Shown here piece by piece: positions 54,190 to 64,000 of a stretch of DNA of 64,000 nt (positions are counted from its first letter, which is position 1; the number at the start of each line of letters is the position of its first letter). The translations under genes and the position numbers were made by a program. Source of the stretch: Eledone cirrhosa (lineage: Eukaryota); assembly GCA_964016885.1 (NCBI GenBank), contig OZ024740.1:32674001-32738000 (forward strand), in the 5' to 3' direction. Below the pieces are notes generated by a model. It saw only the letters and a program-made list of their open reading frames with translations, was not told the origin of the DNA and made no database searches.

Positions 54190-54316
54190 CTGCCCAAGAG
54201 GTACCAAGTTTGTCCATTAGAAGAGTCTAATTCTATTGATTTATGTAAATAATGAATTGCCACTGGTTCCCGTGTGCTTTTATCACCAAGTTGTTCTGCT
54301 GTATGGAATAACCAGC
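54190..54316 (-). CDS. KDM6A: KDM6A/UTX-like exon c (127 nt)
   Basis: (G)WLFHTAEQLGDKSTREPVAIHYLHKSIELDSSNGQTWYLLG(R), homologous to UTX GWMHHTVDLLGDK...NSGQSWYFLGR; phase 1 to 2. Confidence 0.92.
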
Positions 54317-54635
54317 CTAGAATAATAAAAAAAAAAAATTACAGATTATTTCATTTGATAATTTTAAGTTATGAATTGACAGGCTTGTTAGAAGATTAAA
54401 GGATATGCCTTCATATTAGTTCTAATTCAATAAATAAAAGACTAATCCAGGGAAGCTGGTTTAGTGGAATTGTTATAGCATCAGACGATATGCTTTCCAT
54501 TATCTGCTCTGGCTCTGTATGTTCAGAGTTCCAATCCTGACTCCTGTCACTGGAAAAACAATGACACTTCTGCCAGATAGTATCTTTCCGTTTATACTTT
54601 TATTACACTTGAAGCATTAAAAAGTTGCAGTTTAA

Positions 54636-54850
54636 CCCTTTAGCATTTAAACCGGCCATATCTGGCCAGAATTCTCTCACTGCTTTCTGTTCAAACTAGC
54701 AATAACTGGCCACTCATACTGATGTTAAGGTATTTTTCACAAAATAAATAATATCAAAATCTCATAGATTCGGTATGTAAAATAATGTGAGGTAAAGCCT
54801 TTACTGCTAAAATACAATAGTAAAAATAGAGTAATGTAAATGGTAAAGGG
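54636..54850 (+). mobile_element. piggyBac-type MITE (215 bp)
   Basis: TTAA on both sides (54632-54635 and 54851-54854); TIRs CCCTTTAGCATTTA / TAAATGGTAAAGGG, 13 of 14 matched. Confidence 0.92.
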
Positions 54851-55425
54851 TTAAAGTAAACTTAACAAAACTTTCTTATTTTTAAAGCTATTCTTAACAC
54901 TCCTTATTTCACCCTTGTTAACCAGCTGAGTTTACTATTTAGAGAATCCAAAATGTATCTCCTTCCCTATTTATAATCTTTATTAATCTAGTTTCTAAAA
55001 ATCAATGTCAATTCTTTACATTGAAGTCATCTTTTAATCTTTTTATTTCACTAACAGTACTCAAATGGAAACAATATTCCATTAAAGTTTAATCCAGGTC
55101 TTTTACAATGTTGAACATGAAAACCAATTGGTTGCCTCGCTCAATATTTAGAAAACCAGTTGGTCACCTCACCACTAATTTTAATTGTGTGCTAGAATCC
55201 TTTACAAAGTACCACTCCTCCAATTTTAGTCAATCTTATCCACTTTCCCCAAAACCTTGATAAGCAATCAATGCAGACCAAACACATTCCATTATAGCAG
55301 ATGTATATAAAGCTTGTCAGATATCATATCTGTTACATGAACAAGTGTGAACACATACACTCCATTATAGTATATGTAAATAAAGATTGTCAGATATCTG
55401 CTATATGAACAAGTGTGAACACATA

Positions 55426-55620
55426 CGAGGGTGGGTTGAAAAGTTCATAGACTGACTAGGAAGGAGTGGTGCTAGAGCTGTGGAATATTACATTTATTAA
55501 TTTCAATTCTTATTAATAAATGTATTGTTTTTTTCCAGAGACTATGTTGAAAAATATAACTCATTTGGTCATTCCATGAGAGTATCTTGGTCAACCTATG
55601 AACTTCTAAGCTGACCCTCA
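55426..55620. mobile_element. Tc1/mariner-type MITE (195 bp)
   Basis: TA on both sides; imperfect 31-bp TIRs cgagggtgggttgaaaagttcatagactgac / gtcaacctatgaacttctaagctgaccctca; sits next to a local 70-bp tandem duplication. Confidence 0.8.
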
Positions 55621-55914
55621 TAGATAAAACTTGTCAGACACTTTTTAAGGATTGCAATTGTTCTTTCATTTATTAGTTACCACTCCTAGTTACAGTTTAT
55701 TTTATTTATAGTGATCTCTCATGGAAATACACTCAACAGAACTAAAATTGTATTAAAGACATTTCTTTAATTTTACAGTTTTCAGAATGGATCTATCAAT
55801 ATTAGAAACTATACAGTTAAAAAGATTCTAAAAGTATTTTTTAAATGCCAATATAATATTGACAGTAGAAACAGAAACTGGACAGAACCAGATAAATAAT
55901 TTATATATTCCATA

Positions 55915-56408
55915 CTATCATCATTTTACATCTGTTGTTCCACATTTGCATAGGCTGGACGGATCTTTTCATCACAACCTTTCTCCGATTGTTCCATTCC
56001 TTCAGCAAACTGAGATCAACTTATACCACCTCGTCCCAGGTCTTTTTTGGTCATCCTCTACTGGGATTTCTTGGCACTTCTTCACCCAGCAATCATCATC
56101 TATGCGCATCACATGCCCATACCAGCGCAGTCTGCTCTCTTGCATATTACATCTGATTCCTCTTATACCAAGTTTCTCCCTCAGTTAATCCATACTTTGT
56201 CATTATCTCACATTAACATTTCACATCCATCGAACCATGTTTGCCTCATTTCTCTCCAGCCTTCACATGTCCTCTGCATTCACTGCCCATGTCTCACTAC
56301 TATGCAGCATTGCACTTTGCACACAGGCATCATACTGCCAACACTTTGTTCATAAGGAGAAATCTTTTGTTGTCAACAGAGGTAGCACCCGTCCTTATTC
56401 TAGCTATT
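55915..56408 (-). mobile_element. Old degenerate RTE 3' fragment
   Basis: Antisense reading [14 protein letters not shown] matches the antisense frame of the [10 protein letters not shown] region; degenerate hairpin and GAT tail. Confidence 0.75.
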
Positions 56409-56550
56409 ATGCTCCCAGAGTGAAGTTAATCTATAAATATTTAAATAAATATACTCTTAAACGAAATAAGGTAATCATTAAAGCTTGAATGAGAGAGCAG
56501 AAATCAAGATAAAAATTAGTTGAAAATAATTCAAATTCAAAATATTTTAC

Positions 56551-56644
56551 CTAATTGTCTGTAGGCAATAGCTTTTATTTTGTCAGTGATGTCTTCGGGT
56601 AAAAGGAACTGTTCGTAAGCCTCTTTTGACTGCTTGTATTTGCC
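56551..56644 (-). CDS. KDM6A: KDM6A/UTX-like exon b (94 nt)
   Basis: GKYKQSKEAYEQFLLPEDITDKIKAIAYRQL(G), homologous to UTX RKYHSAKEAYEQLL...KATVLQQLG; AG/GT ends; phase 0 to 1 fits neighbours. Confidence 0.9.
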
Positions 56645-57142
56645 CTAACAGAAGAAAGAAAAAATAATTGTTAAAAATTAAGATGATATAAATAATTATA
56701 GTCATATTTGTCTAATGATTGAGATTTTTCTCTCCTAAACAACAAAATTTCAAGCTTTTAAACAATCCATAAGAAATTGAGAAGCAGTTAGTATAATCTT
56801 TAAAAAATAAATAATATTAATAAGCCAGGAGAGAAAAAGGAAGAAGCAAAACAGTTTCAGCAAGGAGCTGGTTTATGAATAGAAGTTCCAATGGTTGACA
56901 GGATAAATAAATTAAAAATTTACAGCATCTGTAAAATTATGATAAGCCTCTTCAGCATAATATAAACTATGTCTACATCCATGCCATCTAATTGACAGCA
57001 AAGAAGAAACATCAAAACATAGGTGCACTATACTAATTTAAATGTACTTGTGTAGTTTAAAATGCAGAGGCTTGATCCTTAGATAAAATTAAGGAGAAAA
57101 ATGCATTAACAATTGAAAAATTATCAACTAAAATTAAATTAT

Positions 57143-58690
57143 ATCATCATTTAATGCCTGTCTTCCCTGCTAGCAATGGTTGGTCAAGTCTTCATACACC
57201 TAGTCAGTACTCAAGCAGAGTGACTGACCTTTCAGATGGGCTGTGGGCTTGTATCTCACTTATACAGTATATGGTCCCATGCTCTCCCAAGGGCATTTTA
57301 TAGTGGCACCAGCACTAGCGAGGTTGTCATGCCCTTGACACAATTGAAGTGTTGTCCCAACCATTTGTTCTGAAGGTTTACTAAAACTGGATACTCTTCT
57401 TCTTATCAAATACTTTACACAATGTACTGGGTGTGTTTATTGTGTAGATCACTAGCACTAGAGAGATTGTGCCTTTGACACAACTGAAGGGTCCTCCCAA
57501 CCCTTTGTTTGGCATGGTTTCTAAAATGAGATGCCCTTCTTATTACCAATCACTTTATAGAATGTATTGGATGTGTTTATTGTATAGATCACCAACACCA
57601 GAGAAGTTGTGCCACTGACACAACTGGAGAGTCCTCTCAACTCATTTTTGGCATGGTTTCTAAAGTGAGATGCCCTTATCACCAACCACTTTCCAGGGTG
57701 TATTGAGGCACCAGCACTACAGAGGTTGTCAGTCATCAACTCACCTGTAGAGCCCTCTCTATCCTACAGAGGAGAGAGAAGAAAAATAAGTATGATGTCA
57801 TGGATGTCTGACAAGTATGGTGAGATTAGATAAGATGATGAGAAAGAGCAGAAGGTGATCTCTGATAGTGGAGGGAATACTGTGAAGATCACATTTTATG
57901 TTAGTAGATGGGTCTACACCAGCCATCACGGTCTTTTGTCATCTCCGTTGTGAGGTTGTTTCTTAAGGTCAGCTTTCACTACCTCATCCCATGTTTTCCA
58001 GGGTCTATCTCTTTCTCAAGTCTCAGAAAGTGATATTTCTCTCTAGTTCTTTATACAGCTGTCATCTATATACCTCACATGTCTATACTAGTGCAGTCTT
58101 CTCTTTTACACACAACATTCAATTACTCTTATGCCAAGTTTTTTTCTTAGCTTAATTATGCTACATTGTTCATGCACACTAATATTGCACATCCACCGGA
58201 ACATATTCACTTAATTTCTTTTCAGCCTTTGTTTGTCTTGTCATGTAACATTGCAGTTCACATGCAAGCATCATACAGTCTACTCTTCACTCAGAGAGAA
58301 GCCTTTTGTCGTCAACTGACGTACCAGCTCTCTAAACTTCTTCCAGCCTGTTCTTATCCTTGCTATCAAACTCACAGAGCATCCTCCCCCACTGCAGATT
58401 TGGTCACCTAGGTAATATAAACTGCCAACAACTTTTAGGGAGCCTCCCACTACATTTCTTTTGCATCCATAGATTACACTGTGTGCACATTATGCAATTT
58501 CTGCTCACCCCTTTTTCTGACATTGAACAAAGCCACTTCCCTAATGTATCACCCTCATATCCTCTTTCTTATTTAAGACTTTTCTCTAAGATTTTCTTCC
58601 CGACTAGGAATTTTGCCCCCAACTCTTCCACAGATTCAGCCATGAGGACTAGGTCATCAACATATGGAGTTCTAATGGAGTGCCAGTTTT
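57143..58690 (-). mobile_element. Old RTE family C fragment with 140-bp tandem repeats in its 3' UTR
   Basis: Decayed YVDDLVLMAES, PHD remnant WLCSM..KGVSRNCIMCTQCNLWMQKKCSG and YLGD motifs; 3-4 repeats at 57290-57730. Confidence 0.75.
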
Positions 58691-59161
58691 AATTCTTTAC
58701 TAAAAGAAATAAAAAATAAACTACTAGCTCATTAACATTTTTTTTTATCATATTTCCAATGAAGAATTTTGAAAATAATCAAAAATTTGGAGGGATTTAG
58801 TAATATAACTTTCTAATTATGAAACTGGTGTTAGGGACAAAGGTTCTGTCATAAAATTTTGATGGAAGGTTTTTAGACGAATATAAACACTTTCAAAACA
58901 AACCACTTTGTATCATAAAACCAGGAGATTTTGTATAAGGTTGATACATTCTCTTTTCAAATTCATACAATTTTTCATCATTGTAACTTTCAGATTTTAT
59001 CCAAGCTGTTCTAGATTTATTAAGCCACATTTTTCTCCTTGTATTGCGAGATGAAGATATATTTCATAAATAGATGGAGCCATATGCAAGTAAAATGGAT
59101 ATTAAATGTTGATAATGAGTAGGAGGAAAATACATTTTAAAAACAATAAGATAAAACTAAC

Positions 59162-59196
59162 CTGAACTTGAAATAGATGAGCTATATGTAAACGAA
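59162..59196 (-). CDS. KDM6A: KDM6A/UTX-like histone H3K27 demethylase, internal exon a (35 nt, TPR region)
   Basis: Minus strand reads ctttccag|TT CGT TTA CAT ATA GCT CAT CTA TTT CAA GTT CAG|gttagt = xRLHIAHLFQVQ, which matches vertebrate UTX IQFHIAHLYETQ; canonical AG/GT. Confidence 0.85.
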
Positions 59197-59559
59197 CTGG
59201 AAAGAAAAAGACAAAAAAAACATAAAGCAGCTATTTCCAATAAAATTGTTAGTAATATGTCTATAGGCATTTGTTACAGCTAACTTCAAAACTCTATAAT
59301 CAGATTTTGTTGACTCCCAATTGTGATATCCTCATTTAGAAAGTATCCAGAAGCATGCCATAAAGCATCTAAGTTTTATTTATCATTCATGCTGAGAGTA
59401 ATCATACACACACAATTTCATATTTTTCTCTCCTGAAATCCTAGTTTATTATACCCATGATTCTCACCTTAACACATCCCTTTTGCCAAAGTAAAATGTT
59501 CTTATTTAGCCCATTTTTTAAATACCAAACCATTTTATTAAAATCTCAAACTGCCCAAT

Positions 59560-60250
59560 ACAAATCTTCACACCACATCCATGCTACACACTTGATAAGG
59601 AACCTCTACTACAACAAAAGATTTGGTATTATTTGCAGCAAATAACTTGCCTTAGAAATACGATATTCTTTCTCTTTGAGCTTATAGTGGGATGTTAAAG
59701 GCGCTCCTTACTGAGGTTGAATTTAGCTTCCATATTTTCTTTCTCCAGACTGAGCATTTTATTGTAACTCATTGTTTTCAGGCTAAACTACATAGCATGC
59801 TACTTTACACTTCAACAACAAATAGTTTCTTGCCTATAAAATCTACCAAATTGCTTGATTTAAATTTCAAGAGTTTATATCATATATGGCATAATTCATT
59901 GATTCTAAATGACACAATAATTAGCAGACCACAGTAATTTGCACCGCATTTGGTTTGGGAGTGACGGAACTACTTTGAAAAGTGCATTTCTCGTAAATGT
60001 CTACATTAATAATGCCACAACAATCACCAAACCCCAATTCCAGGACCAACTCACTCAAAATTTCCACTGCACAAATCATGCAATGTATGATGTAAACTAT
60101 GCACATTCTAAGATACCTCTACATTGGTGTAACTGCTACCTTAGTGATAGTTTCACAACACTCTCCAATATACTCAGGGGCCAATATATTTTAATACACT
60201 TGGTGACTGCATTAACCAGCCCTTAATGTATTTGCCATGTCAGCTCACCT
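59560..60250 (-). mobile_element. Very old RTE endonuclease/linker remnant
   Basis: WRKKIWKL motif near 59720-59750 on the minus strand; otherwise decayed. Confidence 0.45.
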
Positions 60251-61122
60251 CAGAACATCATTTTCCCCTTCTCTTCCAAATCCCACCCCTACACACCTAT
60301 ATCTGTATGTACATTATACAGAATACCTTTATAAGAATACTTTTATCTAAGTTTATTTTCCTAATTTAATTCATTTTCATCTTTTATTTAATATTGACAC
60401 ATACATGTGTGTGCAAAAGCAAACAAGAACATGTAAGCTGATATCACAGCTTCAATTATTCATGTGTATGTGTGAACCAAAAATATGTGTATGTGTGTGT
60501 GACCCAAATATGAATGAGTGTCTGACCCATATATATGTGTGCATGACCCAGATATGTGTGGGTGACCCAGATGTGTGGTGTGTGTATGTGTGGGTGACCC
60601 AGATGTGTGGTGTGTGTATGTGTGTTCCTACTATCTGCATGTGTGTGTGACCCATATATGTATGTATGTGTATATGTGTTCCTACTATATATATATATAT
60701 ATATGTTGGTATTCTGGAATGAGTGTGAATTCTGCTGTTGACAAGCTTCCTAGGTAACAACTTCACCACCTTTCTTAAACTGCCCATTTCTTACTGTTAT
60801 AACTCCACTTTGCCTGATGGCTCCTAATCCCTCTTCACCTCACCCATTTTCGTTCTTGGGCCATTTCCCTTCCTTTCATGTATGTGCAAATACTACAGCT
60901 TGCAAACTTAAACTTTTAATTTTACAGGCATACACACACACACACCTTCACTTTACATACATTTATAATATATCATACATCTTAAAGTGAACAATTATAG
61001 GTCAAGTAGATAAATCGCAGAATGGTTTTCCACATCATATTTTGACGTAGATACAATATATACAATGTGTATGTATATATATATAATAGACAGACTAGTC
61101 AAGCCTGCACCCATATAATAAA

Positions 61123-61164
<42 letters not shown>

Positions 61165-61192
61165 CACACACGATACAAATATGTATGTGTAT

Positions 61193-61355
61193 CCACACTA
61201 TAAATGTGGTTGGTGTTTGAAAGGGCATCCAGCTGTAAAAATCCCAAACAAATTATCAGTTCCACCTAATAATTTAGCGAATCTAGCCAAACATGTCTCA
61301 TCATGTGGACAACCCGTCAAACCCATGCATGCATGGAAAATGGACGTTAAACGGT
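61193..61355 (+). mobile_element. RTE-type 3' tip
   Basis: cactataaatgtggttggtgtttgaaagggcatccagctgta...cccatgcatgcatggaaaatggacgttaaacgg. Confidence 0.75.
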
Positions 61356-61787
61356 GTATGTATAAAAGGTAGATTACATGAGTTGGTGATACAACTGTAT
61401 AAGGCATTCAGATATTTAAAGCTCTGTCATTTTATCCACATTAAGATTAGCGAAAGACAGGTCAGAGTTAAATCCAATTTATGAATTTCCAGTCATCATA
61501 GTATTACAAGTCACAGAGCATATCTGTGTACACATATGCTTCTATATGTGTATGTACACACATATAAGAGTACACTAATAGAGGTGTGTGTGTTTATGCA
61601 AGCACAATATACCCATATAAACGTGTGTGTGTGTACCTAGATGAATATGTGCCCGTGTACATAATCTGATATAAATAGTAGTAACCTCTAGGTAAATAAT
61701 TCTAAAGAATTAAAGAATTTTACAGACTGATATATTATAGTCAATATGGGTTTCCATAATTTTTATATGATTTGTTCATAAAATACT

Positions 61788-61960
61788 ATCGTCATCATCG
61801 CTTAATGTTCATCTTCCACACTAGCATGGGTTAGACGGTTTTGTTCCATTTGATACGGGAATGGTCGGAAGACTGTGTCTTGCTCATACGGATATGTCTC
61901 TAGCAGGTTTTTTACAGCTGGATGCCCTTCCTAACACCGACCACATTTACAGTGTAGACT
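61788..61960 (-). mobile_element. RTE-type 3' tip
   Basis: Reverse complement of the same 3' core, with CAT repeats at the left end. Confidence 0.75.
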
Positions 61961-61973
61961 GAATGACTTATAC

Positions 61974-63640
61974 CACAGGTTCTCAACCCATTTAGGCCAA
62001 ACGCCCCCCCCTTTTGTCCCTTGAAATCACGAAACGCCCCCTACCCTATTTTTCCATTTTTCAATATACTACTGATTTTGATATCAGTCGATTACTAAAA
62101 AATTGATTAACAATATTCCAAAGATACCATTGCAGGCAGCTGAGAGTATAAATACATTCCTTGAAAGCAAATATATAAATTTAAAAAAAAGGAACATAAA
62201 TGTTCTTTTTATGAATAAGGACCAGTTGAATTTGTTATATTCTTATCAGGCGATACCAGCTATTTTGAACATTCATACAAGAGCAACTCTGTCTATCCAA
62301 AGAGTGCTCTTATCTGGAAGAAAGTGGCAATTATATCATTTCAAAGCTTTCCAATTTTCCCTTTAATGAAACGGACAGAATAAATGTTGATATCTAACTT
62401 GATGTCCCCTCCGCTTTGTGAGGATAGAGACCATGGAAGATGGTTTTCATGACCATATAAGAGGGTATATTTATTAGTAAGTGGTAAAATATATACAACA
62501 AATGAGTAATTGAATTGTGGTAGATGGTTTCCAGTCCAGTCAGACTGCAACTACAAATAAAAAAATTGTTAGTTTGCTTTGAAACAATAGCATATCCAAG
62601 TTTTCAGATAAATCAACTTATTTTATCTTTGACCTCATTTCAATGGGACCCTTGAGCTTCATGGAGTCTAGCTAACTCTTTGACGTGAGGCTGGATTTTC
62701 CTAAGATGAAGCCGGAGATCTCCATGTGTAATTACATTGTAGCGGTTGCAAGACTTACTGTGCAGTCTGGAAACAGCACCAAACCTCCTCTCGACTAAGT
62801 ATGAGCTTGGAAAAGACAGAAAAAAAGGGGTTCACCTATTTTGGGAAATCTAATTTTGATCATGTCATCTGCTTAAAGTTCAATGAACTCTTTCTGAAAT
62901 TTAACGTCCAAATCATCGACAGTAGCTATGAAGGGATCTGCTATCCACATTGGGATGTCCATCAATAAAAGTTCAACAAACTGTTCTCTCATGTTGTCTT
63001 GTAGTGCACAGAGGTGAGTGGTATAAATTTGGAGTTGGTCATCACTTACAATGTTTTGAACATTGGCGACACTAGGAAAATTATAGAATTCCCGTCAACA
63101 AAGATTCCTTTCGATGACATTCAATTTGGCTAGGAATGTTTTCACAGCATTCCTTGCTTTAAGTATGGTGATCTTCTTCCCCTGCAAAGCCATAATGACA
63201 CTATTGCATTTGTCAAAGATGTCGGCGAGGTAGGCGCAGTCTTGCCTCACATCGAGGGTTTTCTTGTACAGTTCTGTGTTGCATCCTCGCAGAAACTCAA
63301 TGAGTCGAACAGTTCAAAGAAGTGAGTAAAGTACTTGCCCTTTGAAAGCCACCTCACTTCATTGTGAAGGAGCAATTTGATGAATTCTTCGTCATTATCT
63401 TGGCACAGTTGCCGGATAATTCGTTCATTGAGGGAATGGCGTTTGATAAAATTGATGACATCAATGGCCACCTGCAAGGACTTGCTCAGCGGCTCGCTGA
63501 GTTTCTTCGCAGCCAAGTGTTGTCAATGAATGACACAATGAACAACAAATACAGATAGATTTTCTCTCTTCAGAAGAGTGACGTAACCCTTATGTTGGCC
63601 AACCATTGCTCTTGCGACGTCTGTAGCACGATACAATGTG
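61974..63640 (-). mobile_element. hAT (Charlie/Buster, ZBED5/SCAND3-like) transposon remnant
   Basis: TIR-like CACAGGTTCTCAACC preceded by an NNNTANNN site (acttatac); minus-strand transposase motifs HCVIHRQHLAAK, VINFIK..SLNER, LLLHNEVRWLSKG, AYLADIF; frameshifted. Confidence 0.85.
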
Positions 63641-63649
63641 TGTTGTATT

Positions 63650-64000
63650 TGGTCCTTTATGTATGTATTACCTGCCTGTGTGTTGTATGTAGTCCTAGAT
63701 GTATGTATTACCTGCTTATATATTGTATGTGGTCCTAGATGTGTATATTACCTCCTTATGTGTTGTATGTGGTTCTAGATGTTTGTATTACCTGATTATG
63801 TGTTGTATGATTTTGTGGCCCTAGATGTGTGTATTACCTGCTTGTGTGTTGTATATGGTCCTAGATGTGTGTATTACTTATGTGTTGTATGTGGTCCTAG
63901 ATGTGTGTATTACCTGCTTGTGTGTTGTATATGGTCCTAGATGCGTGTATTACGTGCTTATGTGTTGTATGTGGTCCTAGATGTGTGTATTACCTGCTTA
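63650..64000. repeat. About 40-bp minisatellite (gtgtgtattacctgcttgtgtgttgtatatggtcctagat), runs off the window
   Basis: Directly visible. Confidence 0.95.

Noticed and set aside
62341-62550. Splice-acceptor-like site and short minus-strand ORF as an upstream KDM6A exon
   Set aside because: No similarity to the expected HFQLAL-type exon; lies inside the hAT remnant

Overview
AT-rich eukaryotic (animal) genomic DNA. The repeat types suggest an octopod/cephalopod, but that is an inference. The only host gene I can support is a KDM6A/UTX-type H3K27 demethylase on the minus strand. Nine internal coding exons (59196 down to 31534) were traced by hand; all have GT-AG boundaries and compatible phases, and they cover the TPR region, the [15 protein letters not shown] motif and the pre-JmjC linker. 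Its 5' exons and the JmjC exons are not visible in the window, so 1-31533 is probably one intron of more than 31.5 kb. That stretch is a dense nest of mostly plus-strand RTE-clade LINE copies from two young families (A and B, labels mine), embedded in long interrupted (TA)n arrays. These LINEs carry a C4HC3 PHD-like zinc finger inserted inside the reverse transcriptase region and end in a conserved 3' stem-loop plus a (GAT)n tail shared with a local SINE. Also present: a CR1-like LINE, tRNA-derived SINEs, piggyBac-type and mariner-type MITEs (one piggyBac MITE has spawned a 17 x 72 bp array), a hAT/Charlie transposase remnant, a U6 pseudogene apparently fused to a LINE 3' end, several minisatellites, and long inverted LINE pairs, one of which flanks a KDM6A exon. 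Most ORF-track entries are artefacts of microsatellites or antisense LINE frames.
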